Shown: piece after piece, positions 1 through 9,715 of the stretch
Position numbering within the stretch: the first letter of the stretch is position 1
How the letters are laid out: each line of letters opens with the position of its first letter
Assembly (NCBI GenBank): GCA_965218975.1
Contig: OZ244717.1
Coordinates: 640,001 to 704,000 of the forward strand
Source of the DNA: Candidatus Oxydemutatoraceae bacterium
Lineage (GTDB): Bacteria; Pseudomonadota; Gammaproteobacteria; Poriferisulfidales; Oxydemutatoraceae
Reading direction: 5' to 3'
DNA length: 64,000 nt
Program-made: the position numbers and the translations under genes
Notes under the pieces: model-generated
Seen by the model: the letters and a program-made list of their open reading frames with translations, nothing else
What the model was told of the DNA's origin: nothing
Database searches by the model: none

Positions 1-1969
1 GTAGGCCGACCACGTTGTCCTCGCTGTCCCAACTCTTGATTCGACCCGCCGCATCAATGCGCGGAATTGCCATCGCAACGACATCGCCGCGGCTCAGCAA
101 TAACGCCTCCATGCCCATCTGCCAACTCTGCCCTCGTCGCAGCAATTGGTTTGCCGACCACTGCAAATTCGCCTCCTTTTCCGCTTGCTTGCGCGTAGTC
201 ACGCCGACCAATTCGACGTTCGCTTGATTCGCGATAGCGCCTGTCGCAGTCGCGACGTTCGGCACGCGGATCGTGGAGTGCTCCCAGTGGTTCTCGGGAT
301 CAATATAGCGGGCGACGACTTGCTCCGCCAACGCATGCCCGCCGGCCCACTCGAGCGTGTGCGATCCCGCAATAATGTTAGCCGGTGACACAAGCATTGC
401 TGACGGTTTGTGCGGCGCATCATACGATACGGATAATCTGCCGGCCGGCCAACCCCACGCCGCTCGCCCGCACCGTGCGATGACGTCTAGCACTCCCGCA
501 TGACTGTGCCCGCGTACGACATAGTCGCAATGGAGTTCGTTGTCCTGGCAAAACTCTGCCCAGTCGTTAAGATTGCCGATCATCTCGTCAGGCAATCCGA
601 TGCCGCCGGCGAGTACGTTGTCCGGGCGACGGAAACCGCGCGCATACGCACGGAATATGGCTGCCGGATTACGCATTCGGTTGTCCCAGCTTTCCGGCGC
701 TTTGACCCATGCCTCGTTATCGCTATCATAATAAGGAATCATCTGCCGGCAGAGCGACGACCATGTATTGATCTGGCCGGAGAGTTGCCCCGTAGCACGA
801 ATCACAACAGCCTCGCGCACTTGCCCGACGTAATCCGCAGTGTCCGGTTGATAGGCTTTGAGCTGCACCCACTCAAATGTATTCGTCTGCCCGAAACTGC
901 CGGCCGAATCGTGATCTTCGGTCAACTTAGTAACGGCGACATCGTATTCGCCGGCGGCATCAAGCCGGTAGCGGTAAGTTTTGCGCACCGGTTTCGTATT
1001 GTCGTTGCTGATATTGATCGTGTCGAGCCGCTGCCAATTATCCATGCCGACCAGACGCGTATCCACCGTGACCTCAATTGATGCAGTGCGCACTCCCTTC
1101 TTCGTCAGATCAAACAATATGCCGGTCAAATCCACTGCAATCTCGTCCACGTTGTCCGGCGTCGTACGCTCAACCGCATTATCGTGAGTTAGTTCGGCAC
1201 CGGTGATAATAGCCACGTCGCCCGAATAACTCTGCAGCGCACCGGTAACTGCATGCGACTGCTCCGTCTCCACATCGTCGTATTGATCAATGCCGATGGT
1301 GCCGATGCGTGTGTCGCTGATTGCCACATTTCCGACCCCGTAATGAAACACTTGCTGTAAGTATTGCTTGTCGCCCTCAAAGTAAGTGACCGGTGCCGCC
1401 GCATTGTCTGGCTGCACGCGGTGTTCGCCGAGCACGAGCATAAACGGTTCCCACAGGCGCGTCTGGTTGCGCGCCGCGCTCAACGAGTAGATCGGCTCTT
1501 GTTCCTGTTGTCGCCGATTGCTTGGTTGCGGCACGGACGGCGCGAATGCGCCGGCAATGAGCAGCCCGCCGACTGTGGTAATAGCCTGCGCGAATTTTGC
1601 GCCGATGGTGAAGCCGCCGATCTTCGTGCCTTCGATAGCGCCGGCGACCACCGGCCCGACATAAAAAGCGGCAAACGCGAATGCGACTATCGCGATGATA
1701 CTCCCGATGTTAAGGTCGCCTCGCACGACTGCGTGCACCTCAACGATGTCGCGAGGACCGAGCCGATAGGAAAATGCACGGTCGTTGTCTATCTGCACAC
1801 CGTTTACTCGGATGACCGGTGTGCCGGCGACCGTCGGCACGCGCAGACGCTCAACATAACTAATGAGTGTCTCACCGTCTCGCGGTGGCATAAACAATAC
1901 CTTGCGCTCGCCCGGCTGTAGCGGATGCGGCGAGATAATGAGCGACGGCGGGATTAAGGCTTGTTCCAC
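1..1969 (-). CDS. Tail tip / host-specificity protein (TipJ-like), truncated by window edge; absent from ORF track
   Basis: Manual translation from GTG at 1969: VEQALIPPSLIISPHPL...IYSLSAARNQTRLWEPFMLVLGEHRVQPD...YFEGDKQYLQQVFHYGVG. The same frame is also open at the window start. Lies after the NlpC/P60-like tail gene. Confidence 0.8.
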   Translation of the reverse strand, partial: MEQALIPPSLIISPHPLQPGERKVLFMPPRDGETLISYVERLRVPTVAGTPVIRVNGVQIDNDRAFSYRLGPRDIVEVHAVVRGDLNIGSIIAIVAFAFAAFYVGPVVAGAIEGTKIGGFTIGAKFAQAITTVGGLLIAGAFAPSVPQPSNRRQQEQEPIYSLSAARNQTRLWEPFMLVLGEHRVQPDNAAAPVTYFEGDKQYLQQVFHYGVGNVAISDTRIGTIGIDQYDDVETEQSHAVTGALQSYSGDVAIITGAELTHDNAVERTTPDNVDEIAVDLTGILFDLTKKGVRTASIEVTVDTRLVGMDNWQRLDTINISNDNTKPVRKTYRYRLDAAGEYDVAVTKLTEDHDSAGSFGQTNTFEWVQLKAYQPDTADYVGQVREAVVIRATGQLSGQINTWSSLCRQMIPYYDSDNEAWVKAPESWDNRMRNPAAIFRAYARGFRRPDNVLAGGIGLPDEMIGNLNDWAEFCQDNELHCDYVVRGHSHAGVLDVIARCGRAAWGWPAGRLSVSYDAPHKPSAMLVSPANIIAGSHTLEWAGGHALAEQVVARYIDPENHWEHSTIRVPNVATATGAIANQANVELVGVTTRKQAEKEANLQWSANQLLRRGQSWQMGMEALLLSRGDVVAMAIPRIDAAGRIKSWDSEDNVVGL

Positions 1970-2328
1970 CGGTAGTACCCCTCAACGGCCAGCATCTGTT
2001 TTGCTAATATCGGTAGCGTGCTCAAGAATACACCGCCTGCCATCTGCGAATTATGTACCACGACGAGGTGCTTGAGCACCTTTGCTGCAACGCCCAAATG
2101 ATAGCCTTTTACTCCCTTCATCAATACTGCATCGCCGTCTTTCGGATCGTCGGTCTTTGCCCACCTTGGTGGCCAATGTCGACGAATGAAGGCAGGTGTC
2201 AATGCTTCATCCTGCGGTAAGACTAGGTCGCGCCCAAATTCTTGCCGCTGCACGTCGGCGAAAAATGCCGCGCAATCGTACTCATCGCTGTAGCGTGCAC
2301 CTAACCAATTCGTAAACCAGTACGACAT
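1954..2328 (-). CDS. NlpC/P60-like tail assembly protein
   Basis: YDCAAF...HLGV...VVHN Cys/His motif, plus position in tail module. Confidence 0.75.
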   Translation of the reverse strand: MSYWFTNWLGARYSDEYDCAAFFADVQRQEFGRDLVLPQDEALTPAFIRRHWPPRWAKTDDPKDGDAVLMKGVKGYHLGVAAKVLKHLVVVHNSQMAGGVFLSTLPILAKQMLAVEGYYRWNKP

Positions 2329-2786
2329 CAGAAAAATAACCCCGGCGCTGTTGCCGGTTCAAACCGCTGCCGGACCGCCGGCCGGTTTAATGTGTTTGGC
2401 AGCCCCAACCGGAAAACAATCTCGCGCGCGGTCGCCTGAATGCCGACGACCTCAAGCCCGCGAAAGGCAAACTTAACGTCGTCCGGTTCGCTACGTGCGA
2501 CCTCAAGTAAATTGACTGTGGCGCCGTCGGCGCCGTTCGTCTGATCAATCACGTCAACCAGCGCATCAATGCGGTCGAATGCGATGGAGGCAGAGGGTTG
2601 TTGCCCCTCTTGTTCAGACGGTTTGCGGGCAACGAAACGTGCGCGATGATAAGTGTATCCGTTCGACACAAAATCCTCCACGTCATTTGCCAACCGAAAC
2701 GGCTCAACCAAATCAGGATGCACGAACTCAAGCAGCGTCACGGTTGCCGGTAAGTCACCGCGCAGTAGTTGCTCCGCCAATGTCAT
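2328..2786 (-). CDS. Minor tail protein (DUF1833-like)
   Basis: LLEFVHPDL.EPFRLAND...RFEPATAPGLF pattern. Start taken at the ATGA overlap with the upstream gene. Confidence 0.7.
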   Translation of the reverse strand: MTLAEQLLRGDLPATVTLLEFVHPDLVEPFRLANDVEDFVSNGYTYHRARFVARKPSEQEGQQPSASIAFDRIDALVDVIDQTNGADGATVNLLEVARSEPDDVKFAFRGLEVVGIQATAREIVFRLGLPNTLNRPAVRQRFEPATAPGLFF

Positions 2787-3139
2787 GCGAAAAACTCCAG
2801 CGTTAAATACGCCTGCCACGGCCGCTCTGCTTGCGGGTCGCCAAGCACATAGCGCACTCTGCCTGCGACGATTTGCGCTTGCACGTTCTCTGACGACCCA
2901 TACAGCGGGAAACTAAATTGGTTTGCGCCGGTATTTAGATCATCGCGTACCCACGCCGCGAATAATGTTTTGTCGTCTTGCGTCAACGGCACCACGACAG
3001 TCAACGTATGCCGCGCCGCGCTGTAAATCCGTTTCTGCCGGGTGTACCCGTCGTCGTAAGGCGTGCGCGCAAGCCCCGGATCAACATCCACTTGATGAGG
3101 GGTCACTTGCGGGTTGGCGTAGGCCGGCCAATCTGCCAT
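2783..3139 (-). CDS. Distal tail (minor tail) protein
   Basis: 118 aa directly after tape measure; WP...ARTPYDDGYTRQKR motif. Confidence 0.65.
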   Translation of the reverse strand: MADWPAYANPQVTPHQVDVDPGLARTPYDDGYTRQKRIYSAARHTLTVVVPLTQDDKTLFAAWVRDDLNTGANQFSFPLYGSSENVQAQIVAGRVRYVLGDPQAERPWQAYLTLEFFA

Positions 3140-5349
3140 CAGTAATCCCGGCGTTTAATGCCGAACGTGCGCGTGATGCTCTGCGCGACTTCCCCGTTTT
3201 TCTCTAAGTCGTCCACGACGACTTTGACCACAATACCATCCGCTGTGGTTGACGCTGAGGCCTCTTTGACCGTTTGAGGCGCACCTTGATTCACGATTTG
3301 CACATTGACCGGTGCGGCGCCGGATTGATTGTTGCGATGTCTCGGGTCGGTACGAGGCAATACTTCTTCACCGCGTTTCAGAATCGCCGGCACTTCACCT
3401 CCTACCAACCCGCCGAGATGATAACGCGGCGCGGTAGCGAAAACCGAGTATGCATAAGCGCCGGGCAGACGTCGGCGGGGCAGGTTGTCCTGTCCGATGA
3501 CGCCGCCGCCGTGCACGACAAAGGGCCCCGGCACGCCGAGTGATGCGCCTGCCGCGCTCGCCGCGTTGTGGCTGCCGGGTCCACCGGAAAATCCACCTAC
3601 CAATGCCTCGAACAACGGTTTCGTGATGGTTTGCCGGATCGCGATACGCGCAAGGTCGGCGAGGATGCTGCGCACAAACGAGCCGAACTGAAGCTTGCCG
3701 GTCGTGACAAACTCCACCAATGAATCCTCCATACTCCGGAACGCATTACCGAACCCGTCGGCAATCTGCTGCGCACGCGACTGCGCATCCTCATCAAGAC
3801 GCGCCATCGCCAAACGGAATCCGTCGGTAAATTGATTCGACTGCTCAAGTCTTTCACGCGCCGCTTTGCGTTGCCGCTCCGCGTCCTCCTCGTACAGACG
3901 CGCCAACTCTACCGAGAATATATGCTCAACATCATCGCGGTATTTGACATAGCCCTTGGCGGACTTGTTTAAACTAGTGAGTGTCGCGCGACGCCACATC
4001 GCAAGCTTCGCAATGTTGCGATCTAGTGTCGGCAACAAACTTAACTGCCGATCAATGATGCCGGCAATTGCTTTTTTGTGTGCCGCTTCGATCGCCTTGA
4101 GCGCCTCTTCGCTAAATCCCGTTCCTGTGCTTTTTCTTGTTCCGCCACCCGCGTCGCCGAGATGCATCTGCGCCACCGCTTGCAGGCGATCAGGGTCGCG
4201 GTCGTCGGCTAAGGTAGGTTTTTCGCCTTGAGTCAGTGCTAGCCCGGCGGCGAGTCCACCGGCGGCCCCAAAATATTTTGCGTACAGCCTAAATGTTTCG
4301 TTGCCAGCCCGTCCAATAAATTTTCCGAGAGCGCCACCAGCCAAAGCGGTTGCAACGGGAATCAGCACGTCGGCATGTTCAACCATGAATTTGAGCGTAC
4401 TCCCGAGCGTCTGCCCAAACAGCCTCATACCTTCTTGCACTTTAGGATCGGCGAGCACATCGCCCACCTCGTTAAAAGCGCTTGCCATCTCGTCTAAGAA
4501 TCCGGACTCGCCGAATGTGCGAGATAGTTTCGCGAGGCTGTTGTGAAAACGATTGATTTGCGCCGTGGATTCATTGCCCGCTGCGATTGCCTCGCTGGAG
4601 TAGAGTTGATGAAATTCTCGAGCCATTGCCGGCAACAAGTCTTCGGCAAGGATTTTGCCTAAAGCTAATTGTTTACCTAGTTCTTTCGTCGTCAATCCTG
4701 CCGCCCGTGCCGCAACCTGGAATGCCCCAGGGACCCGCTCACCCAATTGACCGCGCAATTCCTCCGCGCTGACTACACCCTTGGAGATAATTTGTTCAAT
4801 GGCCGTCAATGCGCCGGAGGTTTGCTCCGATGTCAGCGACAAGGCGGTCGCAGCCTCGTTGATGCCGATAAAGATTCGGCGGATGGGTTCGCCTTCTAAA
4901 GCGGTCCCTTTTGCTGCGGCAGCGAGTTTCGCGTAGTCGCGTGCGGTTGTTTGCAGCCGCAGGCCTAAGCGTTCTGCCTCGTGTTCAATGAAAGTAAACT
5001 CACGCTGCGCTGCCTCAGTTGACCCGAATACCGCCTTCAGCGTCCGATCAACACGCTGGAACTCAATCGCAGTCTGCGCCAGATATTTGAGTGTCGCGGC
5101 GGAGATTACAGCCGCTGCCGCGCGGCGGAATGCTCGCATGCCGGATGATGCCACAGTTGATTGCTTGCCGACATCGCCTATTCGCCGACCGAAGCGGGTG
5201 AACGCACGCCCTTGCTTGTTCGCCTCGCGCCCGGACTCTTTGACCTCTTTGGATAACTTCGCGATCTCTTTTTCGCTACGCCGGACCGCGCCGACCAACT
5301 CTTTGCCGTCAGCGCGCAAGGTAATGCCGATCTGAATGTCATTTGGCAT
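3139..5349 (-). CDS. Tail tape measure protein
   Basis: 736 aa, Ala-rich; tape-measure motif QIISKGVVSAEELRGQLGERVPGA and lambda-like C-terminal FVRSILADLARI. Confidence 0.92.
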   Translation of the reverse strand: MPNDIQIGITLRADGKELVGAVRRSEKEIAKLSKEVKESGREANKQGRAFTRFGRRIGDVGKQSTVASSGMRAFRRAAAAVISAATLKYLAQTAIEFQRVDRTLKAVFGSTEAAQREFTFIEHEAERLGLRLQTTARDYAKLAAAAKGTALEGEPIRRIFIGINEAATALSLTSEQTSGALTAIEQIISKGVVSAEELRGQLGERVPGAFQVAARAAGLTTKELGKQLALGKILAEDLLPAMAREFHQLYSSEAIAAGNESTAQINRFHNSLAKLSRTFGESGFLDEMASAFNEVGDVLADPKVQEGMRLFGQTLGSTLKFMVEHADVLIPVATALAGGALGKFIGRAGNETFRLYAKYFGAAGGLAAGLALTQGEKPTLADDRDPDRLQAVAQMHLGDAGGGTRKSTGTGFSEEALKAIEAAHKKAIAGIIDRQLSLLPTLDRNIAKLAMWRRATLTSLNKSAKGYVKYRDDVEHIFSVELARLYEEDAERQRKAARERLEQSNQFTDGFRLAMARLDEDAQSRAQQIADGFGNAFRSMEDSLVEFVTTGKLQFGSFVRSILADLARIAIRQTITKPLFEALVGGFSGGPGSHNAASAAGASLGVPGPFVVHGGGVIGQDNLPRRRLPGAYAYSVFATAPRYHLGGLVGGEVPAILKRGEEVLPRTDPRHRNNQSGAAPVNVQIVNQGAPQTVKEASASTTADGIVVKVVVDDLEKNGEVAQSITRTFGIKRRDY

Positions 5350-5611
5350 TGTTTTGCTCCCGGTGAGTTAACTCAACGATGCGTTGCTCCATTACGCGCA
5401 GTCCTGTGAATACGGATTTAAACGGGATATGAAGCGCCCTTAAAGTGTGCTTAACCGCCCCGTAATCCAACGCATAAATCCCCCCGAACCCGACGCGCCA
5501 TTGTGTGCTGACCAGTAAAAATGCTCGCATTATTTCCACAGCCTCCGGCAATAATTCATAATCACCCTTTGCGCCGCTAAACCAATGTTCCGCGGCGCCG
5601 ACTAGTTTTTT
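5339..5611 (-). CDS. Tail assembly chaperone frameshift extension (gpGT-like, DUF1799-like)
   Basis: The -1 frame is open from slippery AAAAAAC (5605-5611) through STQWRVGFGGIYALDY to the stop at 5339. Confidence 0.75.
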   Translation of the reverse strand, partial: KKLVGAAEHWFSGAKGDYELLPEAVEIMRAFLLVSTQWRVGFGGIYALDYGAVKHTLRALHIPFKSVFTGLRVMEQRIVELTHREQNNAK

Positions 5612-5967
5612 GCCAGGCTCGATGCAATCATGGCAGGGTTGTGTATCGCAGTGGTTAGCTCGGCTAGCAACGCGGATACGACGGCGCTATAAACATAAGG
5701 AATATCGATCAGGTCTTTAAATGCCTGCTCGCTGAATGTGATGTCGTCGCCGCCTTCATCGCGCACGTGTTTCCACCCTTTGACGATAGATAGTATTGTA
5801 TCCGCATCATCGTCATCATTATTAGCGCATCGGCGCACAAAAGCATCACGCTCGCGCATGGATAGGTACTTGATCTTGATCTGGAAAGTCTGGCTTTTGC
5901 CCGCCCCCGGCACCTTAACATCCACATCAAGGTCAACAGTTTCCGGTCGCACAACGACGAACCCCAT
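5602..5967 (-). CDS. Tail assembly chaperone (gpG-like)
   Basis: Between tail tube and tape measure; ends in GCA AAA AAC TAG. Confidence 0.8.
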   Translation of the reverse strand: MGFVVVRPETVDLDVDVKVPGAGKSQTFQIKIKYLSMRERDAFVRRCANNDDDDADTILSIVKGWKHVRDEGGDDITFSEQAFKDLIDIPYVYSAVVSALLAELTTAIHNPAMIASSLAKN

Positions 5968-6743
5968 CAGTCAGGTCTCCCATTGATGTAGAGCGCAGGC
6001 TGACCACCTCGCGCCAGAAACTCTGCGCTGAAAGATATCTGCATCGGTGTCTCGCGCGATTGCAGCGCGCTTTCGCCGCTCGGTGCCAGTTCCGCATACG
6101 GGGCATACAAGTCTTTGTTTGCACCTTCGGCGTTGTCGGCGATCCACCGTAACGCACCGGTCAAGCTGGCATTTGCCGTTGTCTCCACTTGGTCGTATTT
6201 AAGGTGCGGCGCCAGCGTCATGTAGCTGAACTCAACGATAGCATCATCGGCAATGCTCCCATCCGGTTTGATGTAGATTCTCCCCATATCGGCGTCTAAT
6301 ATGTAATCATCGTCGACGGCGTAAACTACCTCCTCATCCGCAAGGCCGACCTTCTTTTCCACGCTCACACCTTTGACTTCCTTAAGATTTTTGCCGACCT
6401 GATACCACCGTCCTTTTTTCACCTTGCGTTCTTCGTGAGCCACCGCTTGGGACGGCTGTGCGACCTCCTTTGATCGCCCGCCGACAAACATTGCGAGATT
6501 CTCCGCTGAGATGTGCTCACACGTAATATTCGCGGTTCGCGTGATGCTCCTGACTACGCTGCTGATTTTCTCCGCCGTCGGTGTGTCCGACGAATACACG
6601 TCTGTCTTCTCGACCGCGACAGACAGGCCGAACCCTGGGGTCTCACCCAAATATATTTCGCCGGTCTTTTCGCCGGCGTCGTCGAACGGGTCGAAGTACA
6701 GCCGCCCGGCGCCGAGAACGATGTTTCTTTTTTCTTCTAACAT
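5967..6743 (-). CDS. Major tail tube protein
   Basis: 258 aa; LGAGRLYFD...YLGETPGF N-terminus; position; no sheath gene present. Confidence 0.75.
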   Translation of the reverse strand: MLEEKRNIVLGAGRLYFDPFDDAGEKTGEIYLGETPGFGLSVAVEKTDVYSSDTPTAEKISSVVRSITRTANITCEHISAENLAMFVGGRSKEVAQPSQAVAHEERKVKKGRWYQVGKNLKEVKGVSVEKKVGLADEEVVYAVDDDYILDADMGRIYIKPDGSIADDAIVEFSYMTLAPHLKYDQVETTANASLTGALRWIADNAEGANKDLYAPYAELAPSGESALQSRETPMQISFSAEFLARGGQPALYINGRPD

Positions 6744-6965
6744 TTATTTAGCCTCCTCTGCTGTCTGCTGTTTACTGCCTGCTATCGGCTCGAAAAAACT
6801 TTCGCCGAATCGCTCGATTTGGTCGGTGCGCAACTCGACGGTCTCGCCGGGCGCATAGTCTTTGCCGGCTTTGGTCAGCGGCTTGGCTAATACGCGTTTG
6901 TGCGTTTGCGTCGCACTTGTTTTGATAGGTTTGTTTTGTTTCATGGCACTCCTAAAAAGTTGCAT
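6744..6965 (-). CDS. Small hypothetical phage protein
   Basis: ORF packed between gp37-like and tail tube genes. Confidence 0.55.
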   Translation of the reverse strand: MQLFRSAMKQNKPIKTSATQTHKRVLAKPLTKAGKDYAPGETVELRTDQIERFGESFFEPIAGSKQQTAEEAK

Positions 6966-7377
6966 TCGTTGAAAATACCAACGGTAATAAAAAGTAACCG
7001 TCGATTAACACCGGCGCTTCCACGCCGGTCAAAATCAGACGGCTGAATCCGTCGTCGAGACCACAGTGATGCAACGCAGCGATCACTGCCGCGGCCAGCG
7101 GTCCGGCATCGTCGCGTGCCGCGGAACCTCCGCGCACGTCACTGACGTTGCGTACCGCCACAACGGCGACGAAGCGCAGGCGGACGATCGCCGCCGTCGA
7201 ATTGTCCGGCGTGCGTGCAGAGCCGCCGGCAAACAGCACGTAAATTGTATTTCCTTGCGGCTTGTGTTTGTCCGTCAACGTGCGCAAATCGCCCGCACGT
7301 TTAATCGCCACGTGATGGATGTGTGACTCAAGTTGTTGCACTATCATTCGCTCCGGCGCCAAAAGGTCAGTTAACAT
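6952..7377 (-). CDS. Tail terminator/completion protein (Mu gp37-like)
   Basis: Start MLTDLLAPE at a TAATG overlap; VVAVRN motif; position after gp36. Confidence 0.65.
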   Translation of the reverse strand: MLTDLLAPERMIVQQLESHIHHVAIKRAGDLRTLTDKHKPQGNTIYVLFAGGSARTPDNSTAAIVRLRFVAVVAVRNVSDVRGGSAARDDAGPLAAAVIAALHHCGLDDGFSRLILTGVEAPVLIDGYFLLPLVFSTNATF

Positions 7378-7463
7378 TATTGTACGTTGATTGTCTTGAC
7401 TACCCACACCAAAAAGCCGATAACCAGTGCGGCGGCTAATACGCCTCCCAATATCCATTCCAT
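7377..7463 (-). CDS. 28-aa single-TM peptide, copy 1
   Basis: MEWILGGVLAAALVIGFLVWVVKTINVQ*; stop overlaps the next start (TAATG). Confidence 0.55.
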   Translation of the reverse strand: MEWILGGVLAAALVIGFLVWVVKTINVQ

Positions 7464-7494
7464 TTTCCATCACCTCCTATAAGGTCAGTTAACA

Positions 7495-7581
7495 TTATTG
7501 TACGTTGATTGTCTTGACTACCCACACCAAAAAGCCGATAACCAGTGCGGCGGCTAATACGCCTCCCAATATCCATTCCAT
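7495..7581 (-). CDS. 28-aa single-TM peptide, copy 2
   Basis: Identical to 7377-7463. Confidence 0.55.
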   Translation of the reverse strand: MEWILGGVLAAALVIGFLVWVVKTINVQ

Positions 7582-7587
7582 TTTCCA

Positions 7588-8031
7588 TCACCTCCTATAA
7601 TGTCCGTGGTACCCATCAACATAACCGTCCAATATGTCGGTACCGAGCGGCGATTCGTCGACTTTGATTTTCGGGGTGCCGACGCTGCGCACTTGCGTGC
7701 CAGTGTCGAGCACTACCTTGCCTGCGGCAATGTCGCGCAAGCGATTGATCGCCGTGTTGTAGCGCTGCGAGACTGTTTCGGTCGGTTCAAGGTAGAGACG
7801 ATAGCGCGTGACGTTGAGCATAATCTCGGCGATGACCGGCGGTATCGCGTCATCGTCGAACGGCACATCAACACGCCCGCGCAGGTATCCGTCAACCTCC
7901 GATTGTGCCGTTGCAATCTTCTGTTCCGCCAAGTCGGTATCGATCACACCGTTGTTGCCGCGGTCCGTGAGTTCTCGCATCTCTTGTTCGCCGAACTCGC
8001 GGATCAAATCGTCTGCGCTAATGTATGCCAT
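7588..8031 (-). CDS. Mu gp36-like head-tail adaptor (DUF1320)
   Basis: MAYISADDLIREFGEQEM.ELTD...EVDGYLRGR...RYRLY. Confidence 0.88.
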   Translation of the reverse strand: MAYISADDLIREFGEQEMRELTDRGNNGVIDTDLAEQKIATAQSEVDGYLRGRVDVPFDDDAIPPVIAEIMLNVTRYRLYLEPTETVSQRYNTAINRLRDIAAGKVVLDTGTQVRSVGTPKIKVDESPLGTDILDGYVDGYHGHYRR

Positions 8032-8034
8032 GTG

Positions 8035-8403
8035 TTAGCCGTCCCGCTGCGCTTGATATTGTTCCCAAGCTGCATCGCGCAGCGCCGCCGACACCGATTG
8101 TCCGAGGCGTTCGCTCAACACATTGCTGTGCGGTTTGCCCGATTTAGTGTAAGCGTCTTCTTTGTTTATTTCGCCGGCGCCGACCGCTCGGACGAGATCG
8201 TCAATCGCTGCTATGACTGTCTTGATCGACAATTGATCGTCGGTTGCTTTATCCGATTCAATCGCTGCAAGTATGCCTTTTTCGATTAGCGGTCCGGCAT
8301 CGCGGTCCGGCATTGAGACTGTAATCGCAACACCGGGTCGCGGCCGATATACGGTACCGTTGTAGCGCACCGGCTCAAGCACAATGTAGTTCCGTTCGGA
8401 CAT
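8035..8403 (-). CDS. Hypothetical head-associated protein (Mu gp35-like position)
   Basis: Start MSERNY overlaps the capsid stop; C-terminal YTKSGKP...LSERLG..VSAALRDAAW. Confidence 0.6.
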   Translation of the reverse strand: MSERNYIVLEPVRYNGTVYRPRPGVAITVSMPDRDAGPLIEKGILAAIESDKATDDQLSIKTVIAAIDDLVRAVGAGEINKEDAYTKSGKPHSNVLSERLGQSVSAALRDAAWEQYQAQRDG

Positions 8404-9341
8404 TACAGCGTGTCCTGAATCAGATACGCTGCGTCCTTGCCGACGATCGCATTCGCGTACGCCTTTGTTGTCGGGTACATCCACGATCGACACGCATGGT
8501 CAAAGTACGGCATCTCCACCGCCGGCATCCCGCGTAGGCGATAGCAATACCCGTAAGTCGGCAGTGCGGAATCAAACGATCCGACCCTGGTATAGGCGAC
8601 CAGCGCAATGTCGCCCCAAATATCTTCCGTGGTGCCGTCGTCTTTGACCGACACCGCATCGCCGACCAATATCATTTCGACGTCGAACAACAACTGCAGA
8701 TCCTCGCGTGTCGCGATGCCGATTTTGCTGTCGCGGATCTCTGCGCGGATCTTCGGATGTCGGCGCAGACGTGAAAATACCTTGCCGGAGACGACGAGTG
8801 TATTCGCCCGAAAGCCGGTGTTGGCGCGTACGACCTCAGTCGCCTCGACGACTTCGTTGATCGGGTCGGATGCATCATTGCTCCACTTGCTGTTGCCGGC
8901 TAAAGTTTCCTTGTTTGTTGCAGCATAGTTATCGGCCTTGGCCGCGATGGCGGCAGCCTCGCGCTCTTTCTCAAGTTCTAAAATATGCATCGCGCCTCTG
9001 ACGGCACGTTGACCGAGATCGATGCCGGGCGACATGGCCGCATCCTGCAAATGCTCAATCGGCACTTTACCGGCGATTGAGTGATCAACCAAAGCAAAGT
9101 CCTTGCCCTCGTGGCCGAACTGCACTTGTTTGACTGCGCCCCCGGGCGCACGTGCCGTATTAAACTTTTTCCAATCGGTGCGATCAAACTCAATCAACTT
9201 GCCGCCGCGGGTGGGGACGTCCACCTCGGGGAAGAGTCGATCCGCGATCAGACCTGTGAGACTGTAACCCCGTGCTACAGTCGTCAACACCGGATCAATG
9301 ACCCGTTGCTGCGCGGTGGATTGTGGGGTACCTCCTGGCAT
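8403..9341 (-). CDS. Major capsid protein
   Basis: 312 aa; RVIDPVLTTVARGY N-terminus; follows protease and cement genes. Confidence 0.85.
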   Translation of the reverse strand: MPGGTPQSTAQQRVIDPVLTTVARGYSLTGLIADRLFPEVDVPTRGGKLIEFDRTDWKKFNTARAPGGAVKQVQFGHEGKDFALVDHSIAGKVPIEHLQDAAMSPGIDLGQRAVRGAMHILELEKEREAAAIAAKADNYAATNKETLAGNSKWSNDASDPINEVVEATEVVRANTGFRANTLVVSGKVFSRLRRHPKIRAEIRDSKIGIATREDLQLLFDVEMILVGDAVSVKDDGTTEDIWGDIALVAYTRVGSFDSALPTYGYCYRLRGMPAVEMPYFDHACRSWMYPTTKAYANAIVGKDAAYLIQDTL

Positions 9342-9361
9342 AATAATTTCTCCTTTGTGAA

Positions 9362-9700
9362 TTAGTTGGTGATTAAAAGGACTTCGACTTTGGCACCGGA
9401 TGTGGCGGCGGACAGTGCTCGGGCGACAATCTTATGGGTGCCGCTATGCTTGATCGCTTTACCGTTCGCGTCCGTTCTCAGTGCGTCTCCTTTGGCAAAT
9501 GTGCCGCCGGCCTCAACCACTTCGGTACCGAGTGCGCTGACTGCGATGTCTGCACCGCTCTTGGCTGCATGTTGCGCGACGCCCAATACATTGCCTCCGG
9601 CGGATGGCGCACCACCGGTCGGCGACACAAATCTATGCGCCGCGACGTCTGCGGATAGGGTAACCGTCAGTGCGAAAATAGGGGTGGATGCTGCTGCCAT
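9362..9700 (-). CDS. Capsid cement/decoration protein (DUF2190-like)
   Basis: 112 aa, Ala/Gly-rich; VVEAGGTFAKGD.LRTDANGKA. Confidence 0.75.
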   Translation of the reverse strand: MAAASTPIFALTVTLSADVAAHRFVSPTGGAPSAGGNVLGVAQHAAKSGADIAVSALGTEVVEAGGTFAKGDALRTDANGKAIKHSGTHKIVARALSAATSGAKVEVLLITN

Positions 9701-9715
9701 AATGTTCTCCTATGT

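Larger units (their letters stand above)
7363..7598. repeat. Exact 118-bp tandem duplication
   Basis: 7363-7480 equals 7481-7598. Confidence 0.95.

Noticed and set aside
15-1921. Plus-strand ORFs such as 500-1081 and 1364-1921
   Set aside because: Antisense shadows of the long minus-strand tail-tip gene
7378-7473. N-terminal extension MMENGMDIG... of ORF 6952-7473
   Set aside because: Overlaps the better-supported TM micro-ORF; the coupled ATG at 7377 is the more likely start
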